Below, one piece after another: positions 26,268-32,000 of a stretch of DNA of 32,000 nt. A program made the translations under genes and the position numbers. Position 1 is the first letter of the stretch. Each line of letters starts with the position of its first letter. The stretch is from Fastidiosibacter lacustris. Its GTDB lineage: Bacteria; Pseudomonadota; Gammaproteobacteria; Francisellales; Francisellaceae. Under the pieces are notes generated by a model. That model was not told where the DNA came from. It made no database searches and worked only from the letters and a program-made list of their open reading frames with translations. The stretch lies in NCBI RefSeq assembly GCF_003428155.1, contig NZ_QLIR01000001.1, positions 30,001 to 62,000 on the forward strand, given 5' to 3'.

Positions 26268-26975
26268 ATGAAGTATTTAACCAAATTGATTGCTCAAAAT
26301 CGCCAATGGGTTAGTGATATTAACAAAAGCCATCCTGGCTTTTTTGAAAAGTTATCAAAACAGCAGAATCCAGAATATCTGTGGATTGGATGTTCAGACA
26401 GCCGCGTACCTGCCAATGAGATTTTAGGATTACTGCCAGGGGATGTGTTCGTGCATCGCAATGTCGCTAATGTAGTAGTGCATTCAGATTTGAATTTTTT
26501 GTCGGTTCTGCAATATGCTGTTGATGTGTTGAAAGTTAAACACGTTTTAGTTTGTGGTCATTATGGCTGTGGTGGGATAAAGGCCGCGACTTTAAATGAA
26601 TCTCATGGGTTAATTGATAATTGGTTAAGACATGTGCAAGATGTGCAGTATAAGCATAAAGCATTGCTTGTTCCATTTGATCAAGGTGGTAGTTGTGAAA
26701 AACTATCAAAAGGCATCAATTGTAATCAGCAAAAACATGCGGTGATGTGTGAGTTAAATGTCGTTGAACAAGTTGTCAACGTTGCCAAAACTACAGTTAT
26801 TCAAGATGCGTGGAAAAGAAATCAAGAGGTTATGATCCACGGTTGTGTTTATGCATTATCGAATGGTTTGTTGCAACAGATTTCTTTTGGAGTTGATACC
26901 AACGATGAAATAGAACGATTCTATGAACAGGCGCTGACTAATATTAGTCGTGATTTATATAAGGATAAAATGTGA
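26268..26975 (+). CDS. can: Beta-class carbonic anhydrase
   Basis: WIGCSDSRVPANEILGLLPGDVFVHRNVANVV and VLVCGHYGCGGIKAA carry the Zn ligands Cys/Asp/His/Cys. Confidence 0.96.
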   Translation: MKYLTKLIAQNRQWVSDINKSHPGFFEKLSKQQNPEYLWIGCSDSRVPANEILGLLPGDVFVHRNVANVVVHSDLNFLSVLQYAVDVLKVKHVLVCGHYGCGGIKAATLNESHGLIDNWLRHVQDVQYKHKALLVPFDQGGSCEKLSKGINCNQQKHAVMCELNVVEQVVNVAKTTVIQDAWKRNQEVMIHGCVYALSNGLLQQISFGVDTNDEIERFYEQALTNISRDLYKDKM

Positions 26976-27673
26976 TGAGTATGAGAAAATCAAATTTTTT
27001 TGGTTATTTTGCAATCGGCATTGGAGTGGCGTTAAGTGGTGCGTTTATCGCTTATGGGATATTAAATTTTCATTCATTTAACCGTTATGTTGGTGTTAAG
27101 GGGTTGGCTGAACAAACAGTAAAAGCAAACAAAGCGATTTGGAATATCAGCTATAGTGTGAATGCCAATACTTTAAAAGAAGTTTATCAGAAGATTGAGC
27201 ACGATCAATTGGTGATTAAAAATTTTATTACAGCAGCAGGATTAAGTATTGATAGCCTCCAATATGGAAGCATTTCATTAAATCAAAATACACATAATAA
27301 AGATCAGGTTAATACATCGAATTATAGTGCATATAGCAGTATGACCATTATTACTGATCAAGTGGATGTAATAGTGAAGTTTGTTCAAAAAACAAGTGAT
27401 TTGGTTGCAAAGGGCGTTGTAATTAGTAACAGCAATGTCAGTTACAAGTACACATTACTCAATGAGATTAAGCCTACAATGTTAGAAGAAGCGACGGAGA
27501 ATGCAAAAACAGCAGCGTTACAATTTGCTAAAAATGCACAAACACAGTTAGGTAGTATTCGTCAAGCAACACAAGGTGCCTTTACAATTGCAAATCAAGA
27601 TGCTTCATATGGTGATGGTGATCCATATAAGCTTGTGCGCGTCGTTGTTAATGCTGAATATTTTTTAGATTAA
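26975..27673 (+). CDS. SIMPL domain (DUF541) periplasmic/membrane-anchored protein
   Basis: N-terminal TM helix; VGVKGLAEQTVKANKAIWNISYSV; IFYKYTLLNEIKP-like region (YKYTLLNEIKPTMLEEATENAKTAALQFA) typical of SIMPL proteins. ATG 26975 overlaps the TGA of can; AAGGA 9 nt upstream. Confidence 0.85.
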   Translation: MSMRKSNFFGYFAIGIGVALSGAFIAYGILNFHSFNRYVGVKGLAEQTVKANKAIWNISYSVNANTLKEVYQKIEHDQLVIKNFITAAGLSIDSLQYGSISLNQNTHNKDQVNTSNYSAYSSMTIITDQVDVIVKFVQKTSDLVAKGVVISNSNVSYKYTLLNEIKPTMLEEATENAKTAALQFAKNAQTQLGSIRQATQGAFTIANQDASYGDGDPYKLVRVVVNAEYFLD

Positions 27674-27688
27674 TGGAGAGTATTTTCA

Positions 27689-28912
27689 ATGAACAAAATC
27701 CTATTATGTGTAACAGGAAGTATTGCTGCTTATAAAGCGCTTGAGTTAACCAGGTTGTTGGTCAAAGCTGGTTGTGATGTTAAGGTTGTGTTAAGTCGCT
27801 CTGCACTTGAGTTTGTAACACCTTTAAGTTTTGAGGCCTTATGCAAACAAAAAAGCTATCAGGATTTATTTGAATATAGTGAAACTCCGATTGAACATAT
27901 TGAACTTGCGCGCTGGGCAGATAAAATCTTGATTGCGCCTGCTACAGCTAATACCTTGGCAAAGTTAGCATACGGTATAGCAGATGATTTATTAGGAAAT
28001 ATTATATTGGCAACAAAGAAGCCGATATATGTTGCACCTGCAATGAACAAACAGATGTGGCACAATAGCATTGTAAAGGAAAATGTTGCAAGGCTTGTAG
28101 CACGTCAATTTACCTTATTAGCACCTGATACAGGTGAACAGGCATGTGGAGAGATAGGTGAGGGTCGATTAATGGAACCTGAACTTATTGCGAAAATGGT
28201 ATTGCAAAATATATCAAAAATTGATAAAACCGTTGTGATTACAGCAGGTCCCACAGTCGAAGCGCTAGATCCTGTTCGTTATCTCTCAAATTACAGCTCA
28301 GGTAAAATGGGTTACGCTTTAGCGGATGCCTTTTATAATCTGGGTTGGCGCGTAGTTTTGATATCAGGTCCCACGGAGCTTAGTGCGTCGTATGGTATTC
28401 ATACAATTTATGTTAAAAGTGCAAAAGAAATGTATGATGCAGTGCATGAATATGTGGACAAAGCAGAGCTATTTATTGGAGCGGCAGCAGTGGCCGATTA
28501 TAGACCTCAAAGTTATGCAACTCATAAGATTAAGAAAATGAATGATGTTGATGATGAGCTAATACTCAAATTGAGTAAAAACGAAGATATCGTCAAAAGC
28601 GTTGCTAATTTGCAAAAGAATAGACCATTATGTGTTGTTGGCTTTGCCGCAGAAACAGACAATGCTAAAGTTTATGCTTTACAGAAGATAAGTGCTAAAA
28701 ACCTTGATTATTTAGTGTTGAATCAAGTGGATAATAAAACGGGCTTTCCATTTTATAGTGATCAAAATCAAGTACAAATATACGATAGAAAAGGACGTTT
28801 AGTGCTTGAATTGACTTTAATGTCAAAGTTAGATGTGGCATATCAGATTGCACATATGCTGTGTAATCGCTTGGCAAAAAAGGAAGAACAGGTAGAGCTA
28901 AATTATGGCTAG
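27689..28912 (+). CDS. coaBC: Bifunctional phosphopantothenoylcysteine decarboxylase/phosphopantothenate-cysteine ligase CoaBC
   Basis: ILLCVTGSIAAYKALELTRLL, IEHIELARWADKILIAPATANTLAKLAYGIADDLL, APAMNKQMW, VVITAGPTVEALDPVRYLSNYSSGKMGYALA, VVGFAAETDN. Confidence 0.96.
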   Translation: MNKILLCVTGSIAAYKALELTRLLVKAGCDVKVVLSRSALEFVTPLSFEALCKQKSYQDLFEYSETPIEHIELARWADKILIAPATANTLAKLAYGIADDLLGNIILATKKPIYVAPAMNKQMWHNSIVKENVARLVARQFTLLAPDTGEQACGEIGEGRLMEPELIAKMVLQNISKIDKTVVITAGPTVEALDPVRYLSNYSSGKMGYALADAFYNLGWRVVLISGPTELSASYGIHTIYVKSAKEMYDAVHEYVDKAELFIGAAAVADYRPQSYATHKIKKMNDVDDELILKLSKNEDIVKSVANLQKNRPLCVVGFAAETDNAKVYALQKISAKNLDYLVLNQVDNKTGFPFYSDQNQVQIYDRKGRLVLELTLMSKLDVAYQIAHMLCNRLAKKEEQVELNYG

Positions 28913-30857
28913 AAGAATCAAACTGCTCTCCATGGAGCTATCTAATCAAATTGCAGCAGGAGAGGTCATCGAGCGTCCCTCTTCGATTGTGAAAGAACTG
29001 TTTGAAAATGCAATTGATGCAGGTGCAACTCAAATTATGCTTGAGTTAGAGCATGGTGGAAAAGAGAAAATATTGCTCCGTGATAATGGCTTTGGAATAG
29101 AGAAAGACGACTTAATATTAGCACTAACACCTCATGCTACAAGTAAGATCTATTCTTTAGAAGAGCTCGAAGCTATTCAAAGCATGGGCTTTAGAGGTGA
29201 GGCGTTAGCGAGTATTGGTTCAATTGCCAAAGTTAAAATTACTTCAAAAGTAGCTAATGCACCACATGCTTGGAGTATCAATAATCAGTTGGGTAATGAG
29301 CTTATTCCAGCTTCGCATCCAATAGGCACATCAATAGAGGTTGCTCAAGTTTTTTATAACACACCAGCACGGCGTAAGTTTTTAAAAGCAGAGCGTACTG
29401 AATATGCACATATTGATGATCTGATAAAGAAATTTATGTTATGTCATTTTGATATTGCGCTTACAATTTTGCATAATGGCAAGGAAGTGAAAAGCTTTCC
29501 AGTTGCTGATACACCACAAAAGCAACAAGCTCGAATTGCACAAATTTGTGGGGAAGAATTTATTGAAAATGCGATTATAGTCCAAGAGGCATCTATGGAT
29601 TTGACACTGCAAGGTTGGATTGCCAAACCGCAGTTTTCGAAATCACGTGCGGATTTACAATATTTTTATGTTAATGGACGCATTATCAAAGATAAGTTAA
29701 TTGCACATGCTATTAAACAAGCATATAAAGATGTGCTGCATCATTTACGTTATCCTGCTTTTATTTTATTCTTTAACATCAATCCTGCCACAGTAGATGT
29801 CAATGTGCATCCAACTAAACATGAACTGAGATTTAGAGAGTCGCGTTTGGTGCATGATTTTCTATTTGCTAAGATTCATCATGCCCTTTCCCATACAAGA
29901 CCAACATTATATGAAGAAGAAATAGAAGAAGAGCAAAGTCTGACGTATCAAGCACCAAGTTTAAAGCCAATGGAGAAAAATGAACTTGATAACAAAAGGC
30001 TTTATTGGCAAGATGATTCAAATCGACCTAATTATTCAAACAGCCAGCTTGCTCAAAGCCATAATCAAGATTTGAGGTTGTATGAAAGATTGATAGGTAA
30101 AGCTGCAAATCAATTTTCATCAACAGAAGAGCTTGCCTCAAACACAACCATAAAAAAAGATAAATGGCAATCTGCAACCCAGTTGAGTATGCCATTAGAT
30201 GAGTTAGATATCGACCATGAGATAGCTACAAAAGAAATACAAACAGTTCCACAGTTGCAACTAGAAGATAAAAAGTACCCATTAGGATTTGCTGTAGCAC
30301 AAGTGCATGGCATTTTTATCTTATCCCAAACCGAAGATGGCTTAATTGTTGTTGACATGCACGCCGCACATGAGCGTGTATTATATGAAAAAGTAAAAGC
30401 ATTATGGGCAAATAACAAGGTGGTTTCTCAGCAACTGCTGTTACCTATTACTTTTGAGTTAAGTACAATATTATTAGATGTTCTTCTTCAACATGAAAAA
30501 ATGTTAAGTAAACTGGGGTTTGTGTATGCTCCTTTGGGTGAGAAAACGTTGGTGGTGCGTGAAATCCCTGTTTATTTAAAAAGTAGCCATATAGAGGACT
30601 TATTGCTTAACATTGCCAAAAGTCTGGAGTTGAGTACCCAATCTAAAGAGATAGATGACTACATTAATCAAATTTTAGCTACGATGTCGTGTCATAAAGC
30701 CGTGCGTGCAAATGATAATTTGACTTTGCAAGAAATGAATCATTTATTACGTGAGATGGAGCAAACTGCACGTGCGGATCAATGTAATCACGGTCGTCCT
30801 ACGTGGGTTAAAGTAAGCGTTGCAGATTTAGATAAGCTTTTTATGCGTGGACAGTGA
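28905..30857 (+). CDS. mutL: DNA mismatch repair protein MutL
   Basis: SNQIAAGEVIERPSSIVKELFENAIDAGA, RDNGFGI, HATSKI, MGFRGEALASI, DVNVHPTKHELRF; C-terminal VDMHAAHERVLYE and CNHGRPTW. Overlaps coaBC by 8 nt. Confidence 0.97.
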   Translation: MARRIKLLSMELSNQIAAGEVIERPSSIVKELFENAIDAGATQIMLELEHGGKEKILLRDNGFGIEKDDLILALTPHATSKIYSLEELEAIQSMGFRGEALASIGSIAKVKITSKVANAPHAWSINNQLGNELIPASHPIGTSIEVAQVFYNTPARRKFLKAERTEYAHIDDLIKKFMLCHFDIALTILHNGKEVKSFPVADTPQKQQARIAQICGEEFIENAIIVQEASMDLTLQGWIAKPQFSKSRADLQYFYVNGRIIKDKLIAHAIKQAYKDVLHHLRYPAFILFFNINPATVDVNVHPTKHELRFRESRLVHDFLFAKIHHALSHTRPTLYEEEIEEEQSLTYQAPSLKPMEKNELDNKRLYWQDDSNRPNYSNSQLAQSHNQDLRLYERLIGKAANQFSSTEELASNTTIKKDKWQSATQLSMPLDELDIDHEIATKEIQTVPQLQLEDKKYPLGFAVAQVHGIFILSQTEDGLIVVDMHAAHERVLYEKVKALWANNKVVSQQLLLPITFELSTILLDVLLQHEKMLSKLGFVYAPLGEKTLVVREIPVYLKSSHIEDLLLNIAKSLELSTQSKEIDDYINQILATMSCHKAVRANDNLTLQEMNHLLREMEQTARADQCNHGRPTWVKVSVADLDKLFMRGQ

Positions 30858-31147
30858 TTTAGTTTTATTGAACGTAATCAAAATCTGAAAAATACGAGTG
30901 ATATTTTGAAAAATAAGTGTGTGGGTAGAAAGTTTGAAATAGAATTTATGTAAAGACCAATTACATTATCGTGCACTAACTTGCTTTTTGAAAAAAGCGG
31001 CGTGATTATTTTAAGATTAAAGTACTCCTCAATATCAAAATCATTAAAAGTAAAAATAAAGAAAGAATTGGCAAGATTTTTGGGTAGTAAAAGCACTCAA
31101 AAAACTTGCTTTAAATCAAGATTCTTGAACAAATCTAGTTAAGGTGT

Positions 31148-31175
31148 TTGGTGATCGGATTAAATGGTGTATAAT
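31148..31175 (+). promoter_or_regulatory. Putative sigma70-type promoter upstream of trhO
   Basis: TTGGTG (31148-31153), 16-nt spacer, perfect TATAAT (31170-31175). Confidence 0.55.
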
Positions 31176-31313
31176 GCGTACACTTTTGCTGGTGTGATGC
31201 AAAATATTCACGCGCTATGTCCCTTTGCGAATGATTTTGTAGGTTTTATGCCAAAAAAATTTGTGATGGATACAGTTGCTTAGTTTTGAATAATTTGGAA
31301 ATGAAGAATAGCT

Positions 31314-32000
31314 ATGCCAAACTACGTTGTGTCTGCGATGTATAAATTTGTCGCATTAGATGATTTTGAAGAACTTAGAGAACCTTTGTTAAAGGTGATG
31401 GAAAACAACCTTGTACGTGGCACACTATTGCTTGCTAAAGAAGGTATTAATGGGACGATTGCTGGCACTAAAGAAGGTATTGAAGCCGTACTTACGTATT
31501 TGAAATCCGATCAGCGCTTAGCCGATATCTCATCTAAAGAGTCGTATGATGATCATATCCCATTTAACCATGCCAAAGTTAAACTTAAAAAAGAAATCGT
31601 GACTTTAGGTGTAGAGGGGCTTAATCCACGTAAAGTATGTGGTACTTATGTTAAACCAAAAGATTGGAATGCTCTTATTTCAGATCCTGATGTGTTAGTT
31701 ATTGATACTCGTAATGACTATGAGATTGGAATTGGTACATTTAAAAATGCAATTAATCCACATACAGAAACATTTCGTCAATTTCCTGAGTACGTTGAAA
31801 AAAATTTGGATAAAAATAAACACAAAAAAGTTGCAATGTTTTGCACAGGTGGTATTCGCTGTGAAAAATCAACTGCCTTTTTGAAAGAAAAAGGTTTTGA
31901 AGAGGTATACCATCTTGAGGGTGGAATCTTAAAATATTTAGAAGAAGTACCAAAAGAAGAAAGTATGTGGGAAGGCGAGTGTTTTGTTTTTGACTCACGT
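31314..32000 (+). CDS. trhO: tRNA uridine(34) hydroxylase TrhO (YceA, rhodanese domain), 3' end outside the window; not in the supplied ORF track
   Basis: My reading from ATG 31314: [69 protein letters not shown] ... [15 protein letters not shown]...[23 protein letters not shown]...[42 protein letters not shown]. Open for 229 codons to the window end. Confidence 0.95.
   Translation, partial: MPNYVVSAMYKFVALDDFEELREPLLKVMENNLVRGTLLLAKEGINGTIAGTKEGIEAVLTYLKSDQRLADISSKESYDDHIPFNHAKVKLKKEIVTLGVEGLNPRKVCGTYVKPKDWNALISDPDVLVIDTRNDYEIGIGTFKNAINPHTETFRQFPEYVEKNLDKNKHKKVAMFCTGGIRCEKSTAFLKEKGFEEVYHLEGGILKYLEEVPKEESMWEGECFVFDSR

Noticed and set aside
12463-30418. Other shadow ORFs (12463..12747, 12974..13171, 15020..15223, 16004..16213, 16223..16480, 16279..16467, 17181..17423, 17185..17379, 18457..18705, 18687..19004, 19839..20051, 21017..21202, 22813..23085, 24936..25223, 27859..28071, 28695..28877, 29444..29626, 30110..30418)
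   Set aside because: All substantially overlap genes with recognisable family motifs on another frame or strand; none has independent support.
30878-31096. Minus-strand 72-aa ORF
   Set aside because: AT-rich, Phe/Leu/Ile-heavy composition with no recognisable motif or clear ribosome-binding site. Likely chance ORF in non-coding DNA.
31753-31998. Minus-strand 81-aa ORF, and plus-strand 31702..31884
   Set aside because: Both overlap the strongly supported trhO coding frame; they are shadow ORFs.
1-32000. Defence system, mobile element, prophage, CRISPR or toxin-antitoxin locus
   Set aside because: No transposase, integrase, terminal inverted repeats, regularly spaced repeats, restriction/Cas/Abi motifs or TA pair visible. 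The only helicase-nuclease is an AddA-type repair protein without defence neighbours.
1-32000. tRNA or rRNA genes
   Set aside because: Intergenic gaps are short, and I could not find a cloverleaf or rRNA-like sequence by eye. A tRNAscan-SE/Infernal run would be decisive.

Overview
This 32 kb, AT-rich bacterial chromosomal window is nearly fully coding and looks like core genome. Gene content resembles a Legionellales-like gammaproteobacterium, which is an inference from memory only. Left part (1-8.2 kb): a tightly coupled operon with the hypF C-terminus, hypC, hypD and hypE, then four structural subunits of a group 3b-like (NAD(P)-linked, sulfhydrogenase-type) [NiFe] hydrogenase, then a NiCoT nickel/cobalt permease. 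The rest contains: a CPA-type Na+/H+ antiporter with a TrkA-N/RCK domain; a solitary AddA-like helicase-nuclease; TrkH; divergent pilT/yggS; a GDSL acylhydrolase; a hotdog thioesterase; a SPOR/FtsN-like protein; a CorA/ZntB-like transporter; a small lipoprotein; a Bcr/CflA-type MFS transporter; aroA; a degenerate methyltransferase-like protein; rnhA; L-asparaginase; a beta-carbonic anhydrase; a SIMPL-domain protein; coaBC; mutL; and the start of trhO. trhO runs off the window and is missing from the supplied ORF track. I found no CRISPR array, IS element, phage, toxin-antitoxin or defence-island signature, and no clearly novel system. The best second-look items are: the catalytic Asp-to-Asn change in the GDSL enzyme; three convergent gene pairs whose stops overlap or sit 1 bp apart; the hydrogenase/Ni-uptake unit and the tandem repeat at its junction; the degenerate methyltransferase; the orphan AddA-like protein; and candidate leader ORFs upstream of aroA and trhO.
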